DNA of 64,000 nt from the human T2T-CHM13v2.0 reference genome, Homo sapiens, in the NCBI RefSeq assembly GCF_009914755.1, contig NC_060945.1; one strand, given 5' to 3'. The notes under the pieces were generated by a model. The model had not been told where the DNA came from. It was given only the letters and a program-made list of their open reading frames with translations, and did not search any database. Position 1 is the stretch's first letter. Each line of letters starts with the position of its first letter. Shown piece by piece: positions 49,101-64,000 of this stretch. A program made the translations under genes and the position numbers.

Positions 49101-52100
49101 TTGCAGATTTTTACAAAAAGAGTGTTTCCAAACTGCTCAATCAAAAGAAAAGTTCAACTCTGTGAGATGAACGCACACATCACAAATACGTTTCTCAGAA
49201 TTCTTCTGTCTTGTATTTATGTGAAAATATTTCCTTTTCCAGCATAGGCCTCAAAGCCCTCCAAATGTCCACTTTCAGATTCTACAAAAAGAGAGATTCA
49301 AAAGTGCTCAATCAAAAGAAAGGTTTTACTGTGTGAGATGAATGCATACATTGTAAAGAAGTTTCTCAGATTGCTTCTTTCTAGATTTTATCTGAGGATA
49401 TCTCCTTTTCCACCATATGCCTCAAAGTACTCCAAATGTCCACTTTCAGATTCTACAAAAAGAGAGTTTCAAAACTTCTCAATCAAAGGAAAGGTTTAAC
49501 TCTGTGAGATGAATGCACACATTTACCAAGAAGTTTCTCAGATTTCTTCTGTCTAGATTTTATGTGAAGATATTTCCTTTTCTAAAATAGGCCGCAAAGC
49601 GCTCCAAATATCCACTTGCAGATTCTACAAGAAGAGTATTTCCAATGTGCTCAATCAAAAGAAATGTTCAACCCTGTTAGATGAATGCACACATAGCAAA
49701 GCAATTTCTCATATTACTTCTGTCTAGATTTTACGTGAAGATATTCCTTTTTTCTACCATAGGCTGCAAAGAGCTCCAGATGTCCACTTGCAAATTCTAG
49801 AAAAAGAGTGTTTTCAAACTGCTCCATCCAAAAAAAGTTCAACTCTGTGAGATGAATGCACACATCACAAAGAAGTTTCTCAGAATTCTTCCGTCTAGTT
49901 TTTATGTGAAGATATTTCCTTTTCCACCGTAGGCCTCAAAGCGCTCCAAATGTTCACTTCCAGATTTTAAAGACAGAGTGTTTCCAAACTGGTCAATCAA
50001 AAGAAAGGTTGAACTCTGTGAGATGAACTCACGCATCAAAAAGAAGTTTGTCAGAATTCTTCTGTCTAGTTTTTATGTGAAGATATTTCCTTTTCTACCA
50101 TAGGCCACAAAGCACTACAAATGTCCAATTGCAGATTCTACAAAAAGAGATTTTCAAAACTCCTCAACCAAAGAGAATTTTAACTCTGTGAGACGAATGC
50201 ACACATCACAAAGAAGTTTCTCAGATTACTTCTGCCTAGATTTTATGTGAAGATATTTCCTTTTCTACCACAGGCCGCAAAGCTCTCCAAATGTCCACTT
50301 GAAGATTCAACAAAAAGAATGTTTTCAAACTGCTCAAACAATAGAAATTATCAACTCTGTGAGATGAAAGCATGCATCACCAAGAGGTTTCTCAGAATTC
50401 TTCTATTTTTTATGTGAAGATATTTCCTTTTCCACCATAGGCCTCAAAGTGCTCCAAATGTCCACTTCTAGATTCTACAGAAAGAGTGTTTCCAAAATGC
50501 TCAATCAAAAGAGGTTTAAATCTGTGAGATGAATGCACACATCACAAAGAAGTTTCTAAGAATGCTTCTGTCTAGATTTTATGTGAGGATATTTCCTTTT
50601 CTACCATAGGCTGCAAAACGCTTCAAATGTCCACTTGCAGATACTACAAAAATAGTGTTTCCAAACAGCTCAATCAAATGAAAGTATCAACTCTGTGAGA
50701 TGAACCCACACATCACAAACTGCTTTCTCAGAATTCTTCTGTCTAGTTTTTATGGGAAGATAGTTCCTTTTCCACCATAGGCCTCAAAGCGCTCCAAATA
50801 TCCACTAGCGGATTCTACAAAAAGAGTGTTTCAAAACTGCTCAGTCAAAAGAATGATTAACTCTGTGAGATGAATCCACACATCACAAAGAAATTTCTCA
50901 GATTCCTTCTGTCTAGATTTTATGTGAAGATATTTCCTTTTCTACCATAGGCCACAAAGAGCTCCAAATTTCCACTTGCAGAATCTCCAAATGAGTTGTT
51001 TCCAAACTGCAGAATCAAAAGAAAGTTTCAACTCTGGGAGTTGAACACTCGCATCACAAAGAGGTTTCTAATAATTCTGTCTAGTTTTTATGTGAAGATA
51101 ATTCCTTTTCCACCATAGGTTGCAAAGCGCTCCAAAAGTCCACTTGCAGATTCTACTGAAAGAATGTTTCCAACAGCTCAATCAAAAGAAAAGTTCAACT
51201 CTGTGAGATGAATGCACACATCACAAAGAAGTTTCTCAGGATTCTTCTGTCTAGTTTTTATGTGAAGATATTTCCTTTTCCACCATTGAACTCAAAGCAC
51301 TGCAAATGTCCACTTGCCGATCCTAAAAAATGATTTTCCAAACTGCTCAATCAAAAGAAAATTTTAACTCTGTGAGATGAATGCACACAACACACAGAAG
51401 TTTCTGAGATTGCTTCTGTCTAGATTTTATGTGAAGATATTTGCTGTTCTTCCGTAGGCCACAAAGCCCTCCAAATGTCCACTTGCAGATTCGACAAAAA
51501 GAGTGGTTGCAAAGTGCTTAATCAAAAGAAAGGTTCAACTCTGTGAGATTAATGCACGCATCACAAAGAAGTTTCTCAGATTTCTTCTGTCTGGTTTTTA
51601 TGGGACGATATTTCCTTTTCCACCATTGGACACAAAGGGCTCCAAAAGTCCACTTGCAGATTTTACAAAAACAGAGTTTCAATACACCTCAATCAAAAGA
51701 AAGTTTTAACTCTCTGGGATGAATGCACATATCACAATATCACAAAGATGCTTCTCAGATTGCTTCTGTCAAGATTTTATATGAAGATATTTCCTTTTCT
51801 ACCATAGGGCGCAAAGCACTCCAAATGTCCAGTTGCAGATTCTACAAAAAGAGAGTTTCAAAACTGCTAAATCAAAAGAAACTTTTAATTCTGTGGGATG
51901 AATGCACACATCACAAAGAAGTTTCTCAGATTGCTTCTGTCTAGATTTTATATGAAGATATTTCCTTTTCTACCATTGGCTGCAAAGCTCTCCAAATGTC
52001 CACTTGCAGATTCTACAAAAAGAGTGTTTCCAAACTGCTCAATCTAAGGAAAGTTCCAACTCTGTGAGATGAACGCAGACATCTCAAAGAAGTTTCTCAG

Positions 52101-53250
52101 AATTCTTCTGTGTAGTTTTTATATGAAAGTATTAACTTTTCCACCACATGCATCAAATCGCTCCAAATGTCCACTTGCAGATTCTACAAAAAGAGAGTTT
52201 CAAATCTGCTCTATCAAAAGAAAGGTTTACTTCTTTGAGATGAATGCACACATCACAAAGAAGTTTCTCAGTTTGCTTCTGTCTGCAATTTATGTGAAGA
52301 TATTTCCTGTTCTAACATAGACCTCAGAGCACTCCAAATGTCCACTTGCAGATTCTACCAAAAGAGTGTTTCCAAACTGCTCATTCAAAGAAATGTTCAA
52401 CTTTCTAAATGAATGCACACATCATAAAGAACTTTCTCAGAATTCTTCTGTCTAGTTTTTATGTGAAGATAACACCATAGGCCTCAAAGCCTTCAAAATG
52501 TCCAGTTGCAGATTCTACAAAAAGAGGGTTTCCAAAGTGCTCAGTCAAAAGAAAGGTTTACTCTGTGAGATGAATACACACACCACAAAGAAGCTTGTCA
52601 GGTTGCTTTTATCTAGATTTTATGTGAGGATATTTCCTTTTCTACCATAGGCAACAAAGCACTCCAATAGTCCACTTGCAGATTCTACAAAAAGAATGTT
52701 TCTAAACTGCTCAATCAAAAGGAAGATTCAACTTTCTGAGATAAACTCATACATCACAAAGGAGATTCTCAGAATTCTTCTGTCAAGTTTTTATGTGAAG
52801 ATATTTCCTTTTCCACCATAGGACTCAAAACTATCCAAATGTCCACTTGCAAATTCTACAAACACAGAGTTTCAAAACTGCTCAGTCAAAAGAAAGTTTG
52901 AACTCTGTGAGATGAATGCACACATGCCAAAGAAGTTTCTCAGATTCCTTCTGTCTAGATTTTTTGTGAAGATATTACCTTTTCTACCATAGTCCGCATA
53001 GCGCTGAAAATGTCCACTTGCAGAATCTCCAAAAACAGTGTTTCCAAACTGGTGAATCAAAAGAAAGTTTCAACTATTTGAGTTGAAGGCACACATCACA
53101 AAGAAGATTCTGAGAATACTTCTGTCTAGTTTTTCTGTGAAGATATTTCCTTTTCCACTATAGGCCCAAAAGCGCTACAAATGTCCACTAGCGGATTCTA
53201 CAAAAAGAGTGTTTCAGAACTTCTCAATCAAAAGAAAGGTTTAACTCTGT
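43101..53250 (-). repeat. A-box-only alpha satellite, sub-layer 2, with dimeric alternation (SF4+/M1-type)
   Basis: No B boxes. Signature ctcaatcaaaag and gagatgaa. Monomer ends alternate between cagattgcttctgtctagattt and cagaattcttctgtctagttt. Confidence 0.8.
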
Positions 53251-56200
53251 GAGTTGAATGTACACATCACAAAGAAGTTTCTGAGAATGCTGCTGTCTAG
53301 ATTTTATATGAAGATATTCTCGTTTCCAAGGAGGGCCTCAAAGGGTACCTAATATCCACTTGCAGATTCTACTAAAGGAGTGTTTCAAAATGACTCTATG
53401 ATAAGGTATGTTCCACTCTGTGAGTTGAAGGCAAACATCAAAAAGAAGTTTCTGAGAATGCTTCTCTCTAGTTTAGATGGGAAGATACTTCCTTTTCCAC
53501 TATAGGCCTCAAAGTGTTCCAAGTGTCCACTTGCAGATTCTACAAAAAGAGTGTTTCAAAACTGCTCTATCAAAAGAAAGTTTCAACTCTGTGAAGTGAA
53601 TGCACACATTACAAACAAGTTTCTGAGAATGCTTCTGTCTAGTTTTTATGTGAAGATATTCCCGTTTCCAACGAAGGCCTCAAAGCAGTCCAAATATCCA
53701 CTAGCATATTCTACAAAAAGAGTGTTTCAAAACTGCCCCCATGAAAATGAATATTCAACTCTGTGAGTAGAATGCAAACATCACAAAGAAGTTTCTGAGA
53801 ATGCTTCTGCCTAGTTTTTATGTGAAGATATTTCCTTTCCCACCATAAGCCCCAAAGCGCTCCAAATGTCCACTTACAGAATCTACAAAAGAGTGTTTCA
53901 AACCTGCTCTATCAAAAGAAAGGTACAACTCTGTGAATTGAATGCAAATATCACAAAGAAGTTTCTGAGAATGCTTCTGTCTAGATTTTATGTGAAGATA
54001 TATCCTTTTCTAACTTAGGCTGCAAAGCGCTTCAAATGTCTACTTACAGAATCTACAAAAAGAGTTTTTCCATAATTCTCAATCAAAAGAAAGTTTCAAC
54101 TCTGTGAGATAAACGCACACATCACAAAGAAGTTTCTCAGAATTCTTCTCTCTAGTTTTTATGTGAAGATATTTCCTTTTCCACCATAGGCCTCAAAGCA
54201 CTCCAAATGTCCACTTGCAGATTCTACAAAAAAAGAGGTTCAAAACTGCTCAATCAAAAGAAAGGTTTAACTCTGTGAGATGAATACACACATCACAAAG
54301 AGGTTTCTCACATTGGTTCTGTCTAGATTTTATGTGAAGATATTTCCTTTAATAACAGGTCGCAAAGCCCTCCTAATGCCCACTTGCAGATTCTACAAAA
54401 AGAGTGTCTGTAAACTGCTCTATCAAAAGGAAGTTTCAACTCTGTGAGAAGAACTCACATATCACAAAGAAGTTTCTCAGAATTCCTCTGTCTAGTTTTT
54501 ATGTGAAGATATTTCCTTTCCCACCATAGGCCTCAAAGTGCTCCAAATGTCCACTTGCAGATTCTACAAAAAGAATGTCTCAAACCTGCTCTATCAAAAG
54601 AAAGGTTCAACTCAGTGAGTTGAATGCACACAGCACAAAGAAGTTTCTGAGAAATCTTCTGTCTAGTGATTATGTGAAGATATTCCCGTTTCCAATGAAG
54701 GCCTCTAACCGGTCCAATTAAACTCGTGCAGATTCTACTAAAAGAGTGTTTCAAAACTGCTCTATGAAAAGGTTTGTTCAACTCTGTGAGTTGAAGGCAA
54801 ACATCACAAAGAAGTTTCTGAGAATGCTTCTGTGGTTTTCATGGGAAGATATTTTCTTTTCCACTATAGGTATCAAATTGCTCAAATGTCCACTTGCAGA
54901 GTCTACAAAAAGATTGTTTTAAACCTGTTCTATCAAAAGAAAGTTTCAACTCTGTGAGTTGAATGCACACAGCACAAAGAACTTTATGAGAAAGCTTCTG
55001 TCTAGTGTTTATGTGAAGATATTCCCGTTTCCAAGGAATGCCTCAAAGCGGTCCAAATATCCACTTGCAGATTCTACTAAAAGAGTGACTCAAAACTGCT
55101 CTATGGTAAAGTATTTTCAACTCTGTGAGTGGAATGCAAACATCACAAAGACGTTTCTGAGAATGCTTCTTTCTAGTTTTTCAGTGAAGATATTTCCTTT
55201 TCCACTATAGGCCTCAAAGCGTTCCAAATGTCCACTTGCAGATTCTGCAAAAAGAGTGTTTCAAATCTGCTCTATCAAAAGAAAGGTTCAACTCTGTGAG
55301 TTGAATGCACACATCACAAAGAAGTTTCTGAGTATGCTTCTGTCTAGTTTTTCTGCGAAGATATTTCCTTTTACACCATAGGCCTCAAAGTTCTCCAAAT
55401 GTCCCCTTGCAGATTATACAAAAAGAATGTTTCAAAACAGCTCTATCAAAAGAAACGTTCAACGATGTGAGGTGAATGCACATATCACAAAGAAGCTTCA
55501 GAGAATGCTTCTGTCTGGTTCTTATGTGAAGATATTTCTTTTTCCACAATAGGCATCAAAGCTCTCCAAATGTCCAGTTGCAGATTCTACAAAAAGAGTG
55601 TTTCAAAACTGACCTATCAAAAGAAAGGGTCAACTCTGTGAGTTGAATGCACACATCACAAAGAAGTTTCTGAGAATGCATCTGTCTAGTTTTTATGTGA
55701 AGACATTCCCGTTTCCAACGAAGGCCTCAAAGCAGTCCAAATATCCACTAGGAGATTCTACAAAAACAATCTGTCAAAACTGCTCCATGAAAACGTGTGT
55801 TCAACTCTGTGAGTTGAGTGCAAACATCACAAGGAAGTTTCTGAGAATGCTTGTGTCTAGTTTTTATGCGAAGATAATTCCTCTTCCACCATAGACCTCA
55901 AAGCCTTCCAAAGGTCCACTTGCAGATTCTACAAAAAGAGTGTTTCATACTTGGTCTATCAAAAGAAAGGTTCAAATCTGTCAATTGAATGCACACCTCA
56001 GAAAGAAGTTTCTGAGAATGCTTCTGTCTAGTGTTTATGTGAAGATATTCCCTTTTCCTAAGAAGGCTTCAAATCGGTCCAAATATCTACTTGCAGGTTA
56101 TACGAAAAGAGTGTTTCAAAACTGCTCTATGAAAAGGAAGGTTCAACTCTGTGAGTTGAATGCAAACATCACAAAGAAGTTTGTGAGAATGCTTCTATCT

Positions 56201-57422
56201 GGTTTTTATGTGAAGATATTTCCGTTTCTACCATAGGCCTCAAAGCTCTCAAAATGTCCACATGCAGATACTGCAAAAAGTGTTTCAAATCTGCTCTATC
56301 AAAAGAAAGTTTCAAGTCTGTGAGTTGAATGCACACATCACAAAGAAGTTTCTGAGAATGCTTCTGTCTAGTTTTTATGTGAAGATATTTCCTTTACCAC
56401 CATAGGCCTCAAAGCTCTCCAAATGTCCACTTGCAGATTCTACAAGAAGAGTGTCTCAAACCTGCTCTATCAAAAGAAAGGTTCAACTCAGTGAGATGAA
56501 TGCACACATCAAAAAGAAGTTTCTGAGAATGCTTCTGTCTAGTTTTAATGTGAAGATATTCCCGTTTCCAATGAAAGCCTCAAATAAGTCCAAATATCCA
56601 CTAGCAGATTCTGCAAAAAGAGTGTTTCAAAACTTCTCAATCAAAAGAAAGGTTCAACTCTTTGAGATGTACGCACAAATCACAAAGAAGTTTCTCAGTA
56701 TTTTTTGTCTAGTTTTTATGTGAAAATATTTACTTTTCCACTGTAGGCCTCAAAGCGCTCCAAATGTCAACTTGCAGATTTTACAAAAAGAGAGTTTCAA
56801 GACAGCTCAATCAAAAGAAAGTTTTAACTCTGTGAGATGAATGCACACATCACAAAGAAGTCTCTCAGATTCATCCTATCTAGATTTTATGGGAATATAT
56901 TTCCTTTTCTAACATAGGCTGCAAAGCGCTCTAAATGTCCACTTGCGGATTCCACAAAAAGAGTGTTTCCAAACTGCTTAATCAAAACAAAGGTTCAACT
57001 CTGTGAGATAAACGCATGCATCACAAAGAAGCTTCTCCGAATTCTTCTGTGTAGTTTTGATGTGAAAATATTTCCTTTTCCTCCTCAGGCCTAAAAGCGC
57101 TCCAAATGTTTTCTTGCAGATTCTACAAAAAGAGAGATTCAAAACTGCTCAATCAAAACAAAGGCTTAACTCTTTGAGATCAGTGCACACTTCACAAAGA
57201 AGTTTCTAAAAATGCTTCTGTCTAGTTTTTATGTGAAGATATTTCATTTTCCACCGTAGGCCTCAAAGCACTCCAAATATCCACTTGCACATTCAACAAA
57301 AAGAGAGTTTCAAAACTGCTCAATCAAAAGTAAGAGTTAACTCTGTGAGATGAATGCACACATCCCAAAGAAGTTTCTCAGATTGCTTCTGTCTAGATTT
57401 TATGTGGAGCTATATCCTTTTC
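53251..57422 (-). repeat. Mosaic alpha satellite: SF5-like patches (~53250-53975, ~54500-56630) interleaved with dimeric A-only patches (~53976-54500, ~56630-57422)
   Basis: Switches between gagttgaa/ctctatc/ctgagaa with B boxes (intact at 53660-53676 and 55707-55723) and gagatgaa/ctcaatc/ctcaga without them. Confidence 0.75.
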
Positions 57423-59922
<2,500 letters not shown>

Positions 59923-60027
59923 TTAAAGGCTCAAAATCTCAAATGCAGAAAGAATGACTTTTAAATATCCTACATATTTAAACCATTTATTTTATACAAC
60001 AATCCCATAGATGCAAAACTACTACTA

Positions 60028-60261
<234 letters not shown>

Positions 60262-60311
60262 TTACTTCTTTTACACTTGCTCTTCTGTGTTTAGTTTCAA
60301 AATTATCATCT

Positions 60312-60359
60312 TCATGCAAAGTATTTAGCACAGTGCCTGGCAGATAGAAAAGGTTAACT

Positions 60360-60362
<3 letters not shown>
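60312..60362 (+). mobile_element. Probable MIR 3' fragment
   Basis: atgcaaagtatttagcacagtgcctggcagatag...ttaactatta resembles the MIR end (gtaaagcgcttagcacagtgcctggcacatag...ttagctatta). Confidence 0.55.
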
Positions 60363-60399
<37 letters not shown>

Positions 60400-60688
60400 T
60401 TTGAGACGGAGTCTTGCTGTCTCCAGGCTGCAGTGCAGTGGCGCAACCTTGGCTCATTGCAACCTCTGCCTCCCGAGTTCAAGCGATTCTCTTGTCTCAG
60501 CCTCCTGAGTAGCTAGGATTACAGGCATGCACCACAACGCCAAGCTAATTTTTTTAAATTTTATTTTTTAAGTAGAGATGGGGTTTCACCATGTTGACCA
60601 AAATGGTCTATGTCTCTTGACCTTCTCATCTGCCCACCTTGGCCTCCCAAGGTGCTGGGATTACAGGCGTGAGCCACTGCACCCAGCT
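60361..60688 (-). mobile_element. Full-length Alu, AluSc-like, with (TTTA)n tail at 60361-60402
   Basis: Dimeric Alu reverse complement with Sc-like tctcttgacct. Imperfect TSD taactattattt / tagctattattt. Confidence 0.92.
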
Positions 60689-60840
60689 GCTAGCTATTAT
60701 TTCTAATCCTTTGCCATGCTCAGGTATAATCTTCCCAAATCCAGAAGTAATTTTATAACTTCAGCTAATTGCAGTGATAAATTATTGAAATATTTTCCTA
60801 AAGAAAATACACAAATGAAACCTTAAAAATACAAGGACTG

Positions 60841-61132
60841 GGCCGGCTTGGTGGCTCGCGCCTGTAATTCCAGTACTTTGGGAGGCCGAGCTGGATGGAT
60901 CACCTGAGGTCAGGATTTCGAGACAAGCCTAGCCAACATGGCGAAACGTCGTCTCTACTAAAAATACAAAAATTAGCTGTGCATGGTGGTGGACGCCTGT
61001 AATCCCAGCTACTCCGGAGGCTGAGCCAGGAAAATCGCTTGAACCTGGAGGCGGAGGTTGAAGTGAGGCTAGTTCTCACTGCTGGACTGCAGCCTGGGGC
61101 AACAGAGCAAAAACTGTCTAAAAAAAAAAAAA
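60841..61132 (+). mobile_element. Full-length Alu, AluSx-like
   Basis: ggccgg...gtggctcgcgcctgtaat...gatcacctgaggtcagga, linker ctactaaaaatacaaaaattag, poly-A at 61120-61132. Confidence 0.93.
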
Positions 61133-61429
61133 GTCTGGGCGCGGTGGCTCATGCCTGTGATCCCAGCACTTTGGGAGGCCAAGGCGGGCAGATCACGAGG
61201 TCAGGAGATGGAGACCATCCTGGCTAACACAGTGAAACCCCGTCTCTACTGAAGATGCAAAAAATTAGCAGGGCATGGTGGCGGATGCCTGTAGTCCCAG
61301 CTACTCAGGAAGCTGAGGCAGGAGAATGGTGTGAACCCAGGAGGCAGAGCTTGCAGTGAGCCGAGATCGCGCCACTTCACTCCAGCCTGGGCGACAGAGG
61401 GAGACTCTGTCTCAAAAAAGAAAGAAGGA

Positions 61430-61477
<48 letters not shown>

Positions 61478-61490
61478 AAAGAAAGAAAGA
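61133..61490 (+). mobile_element. Full-length AluY-like element directly after the preceding Alu's poly-A, with (GAAA)n tail
   Basis: AluY diagnostics accatcctggctaacac, agaatggtgtgaacc and gagcttgcagtgag. Confidence 0.92.
61420..61490 (+). repeat. (GAAA)n microsatellite derived from the Alu tail
   Basis: Imperfect run of gaaa units. Confidence 0.95.
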
Positions 61491-61499
61491 TGGATGAAG

Positions 61500-62420
61500 G
61501 TATAGTAAATTATGAAAAAGAGAGAATAAGCATCTTCAACAAGAAAAATGAAAATAATAAAAACTATACAATTGCAAAACAATAACTCTTGTTAAAATAT
61601 TTTACATGTCATATTGTAAATAAGACACCCTCCGTGTATGCAGAAATGATTACATTAGTATAGGAAACAGCTGTGATTGTAGATATATAAACTAGAGAAA
61701 TGTGAATCAGAAATAAGTTTATCAACTAGAAGAGAGAAGAAATTTTTATTTGAGTAAATCTACTGTCTACAATTTAAAAATACACAATGGTATTTCTTTC
61801 ATTAAATAGCTTTATTTAAATATAAAAATAAAAGCTTATACATAGGCCAGAAGAAATATTGCTAGTTTATAATAAGGTTAATAGGAACTAAAACAGGGTA
61901 ATTAGATAAGACGGTGTGTAAATAATTATGTTATTTTAGTAAAAATATTCAACACTGTACCTTTCAAATAAAAATATACTGTTTTAAAGGTCAACAAAAA
62001 GTTATTGTGCTTCAAATTTTAACATTTATCCTCCAAGTGAAATTACTATAAGAAGAAACAACTAACCTATAAATAAATAATTTACTTTTTGGAAAAGTTA
62101 ACAAACCTCTCTACACACAATATAATTAAGAAAGATAATAAGAAACATATATAATTTCAAGATTTTCAATTTTTTTTACTAAGCCAGAGAAGATAAATGA
62201 GTTAATCATTCATGTCAGTAAGTAAATACAGGATCAAAAAACATACCTAATGGAAGGAAATTAATAACAGAAAAGTAAAAATTATAATCTAGAAAATGAA
62301 AGATATAAATCGATTCATAAATGGATAAGACTTTTAAGACTTTTTTTGAAGAAATCATTTCAAACTAGAATAAGCAAGAGGAATAGATCAAAACAAAAAG
62401 GAAAACAGTGAAGGTGATAT
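61500..62420 (+). mobile_element. Probable highly diverged old L1 (L1M-type) ORF2 5' fragment
   Basis: Very A-rich. Collinear resemblance to old L1 ORF2 motifs (tacataggccagaagaaa; gaaggaaattaataacagaaaag; ttttttgaagaaatca). Judged by eye only. Confidence 0.45.
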
Positions 62421-62529
62421 ACACATCCTCTTACTGAAAATTAATTTTAAAGAACTTTAAATTAATTTTAAAGAATTAATTTTAAACACTAAAACTCAGA
62501 GTCATCAATGTGTCTGGATACGGATTCAT

Positions 62530-62930
62530 TTTTATTTCTTCTGCTCAGCACTTGTTTTATACTTTAAATTAGAGTCCTCAAGTCTTTCCTCTGCAATGGA
62601 AATTTTATGGCATCATGTAAAGTATACAAATAGTGAAGGCATTGCCAGTGTTTTCTTCTGTATAAGTATTCTCTACCATTAGAATGGAAACGTCATCAAA
62701 GTGGGCCCTTAGTGAGAGTTTGCTGAGTGGATGAATACTGTCCTTAAATATGGCTTCTCCATTCTCTTTGGACTCCTTTTGAAACTCCTATCATACATGT
62801 GTTGGGGACTTTCTTGACTGGTCTTTCTGACTTTTAAATCCTTTTATCTGGATAAATTCATCATTATCTCCCAATTGACTAATTCTTTGTGTTTATTGCA
62901 TTTACACTTCTTTTTTATATAATTTTCATT
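62530..62930 (-). mobile_element. Possible old L1M fragment (minus strand), perhaps interrupted by a short L2-like piece at ~62665-62737
   Basis: ggaaattttatggcatcat and aaatatggcttctccattctct...aactcctatcatacatgtgttgg resemble old L1 sequence. attagaatggaaac...tttgctgagtggatgaat resembles an L2 3' end. Confidence 0.3.
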
Positions 62931-62940
62931 TCTAGAGCTT

Positions 62941-63261
62941 TTATTTTTTTTTCCTTTTTTGAGATGGAGTCGTGCTCTGTCACCCAGGCTGAAGTGCAGT
63001 GGCATGATCTCGGTTCACTGCAACCTCCTACTCCTGGGTTGAAGTGACTCTCCTCCTGCCTCAGCCTCCTCTCCTGCTTCAACCTCCTGAGTGGCTGGAA
63101 TTACAGGCATGCGCCACCACACTCGGCTAATTTTTGAATTTTTAGTAGAGACGGGGTTTCATTATGTTGGTCAGCCTGGTCTAGAACTCCTGATATCATG
63201 ATCCACCCGCCTCAGCCTACCAAAGTGCTGGGATTACAGGTGTGAGCCTCCATGCCTGGCT
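62941..63261 (-). mobile_element. Full-length Alu, AluSg-like, with an internal 18-bp tandem duplication
   Basis: Alu reverse complement with poly-T. ctcctgcctcagcctcct (63053-63070) is followed by ctcctgcttcaacctcct (63071-63088). Confidence 0.92.
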
Positions 63262-63308
63262 GCTTTTAATTTTTTATATCAATCTTTACTTTGTTCTTTT
63301 TTGCCTGC

Positions 63309-63902
<594 letters not shown>

Positions 63903-63950
63903 GTCTGTTTTTATTTTTAAGTCTTCTATTCTTTTTGATGAATTTTATTC

Positions 63951-64000
63951 TTTTTTTTTTTTTTTGGCAGAGGCTCACTCTGTTGCCCAGGTTGGAATAC
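63951..64000 (-). mobile_element. Alu 3' end running off the window
   Basis: Poly-T followed by ctcactctgttgcccaggttgga. Confidence 0.85.

Larger units (their letters stand above)
1..57422 (-). repeat. Alpha satellite (alphoid, ~171-bp monomers), continuous single-orientation tract
   Basis: Uninterrupted ~171-bp periodicity of the alphoid consensus reverse complement (ttcaactctgtgagttgaatgcacacatcacaaagaagtttctgagaatgcttctgtctag). CENP-B box reverse complement tcccgYttccaacgaa is present in B-type monomers. Confidence 0.99.

Noticed and set aside
1-57422. Possible strand inversion within the satellite at layer boundaries
   Set aside because: All monomers read in the same orientation. I saw no forward-strand consensus such as cattctcagaaactt.
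62441-62486. Repeated ttaattttaaa motif (three copies)
   Set aside because: A short low-complexity AT-rich micro-duplication with no evidence of function.

Overview
This is primate centromeric DNA, almost certainly human. It captures the edge of an alpha-satellite array and its exit into ordinary repeat-rich sequence. From left to right: (1) 1-21.3 kb is a homogeneous pentamer-derived (SF3-type) higher-order repeat (HOR). Its 11-monomer, 1870-bp unit fits the chr1 D1Z5/S3C1H2 family. It is interrupted by 7-, 12- and 10-mer structural variants and by a sequence-distinct 13-mer (2195 bp) sister HOR. (2) 21.3-23.8 kb is divergent SF3-like monomers. (3) 23.8-39.6 kb is irregular A/B-box (SF5, R1/R2-type) monomeric alpha satellite. 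(4) 39.6-57.4 kb is A-box-only older monomeric layers, one with a cryptic dimer, with SF5-like patches interleaved near the end. (5) A 2.5-kb 5'-incomplete L1PA2/PA3-like element (57.4-59.9 kb, minus strand) sits exactly at the satellite boundary with no target-site duplication (TSD). (6) The last 4 kb are Alu-dense with MIR and old L1 fragments. All alpha satellite has one orientation, with CENP-B boxes on the minus strand. No functional protein-coding gene is supported: the ORFs are satellite or Alu artefacts or dead L1 ORF2 pieces. I found no new biological system. The interesting content is the record of HOR evolution and the boundary structure. Monomer labels A-K are my own, phased at 'ctgtct'. 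Coordinates were read by eye and are approximate to a few bases; layer boundaries are approximate to about one monomer.
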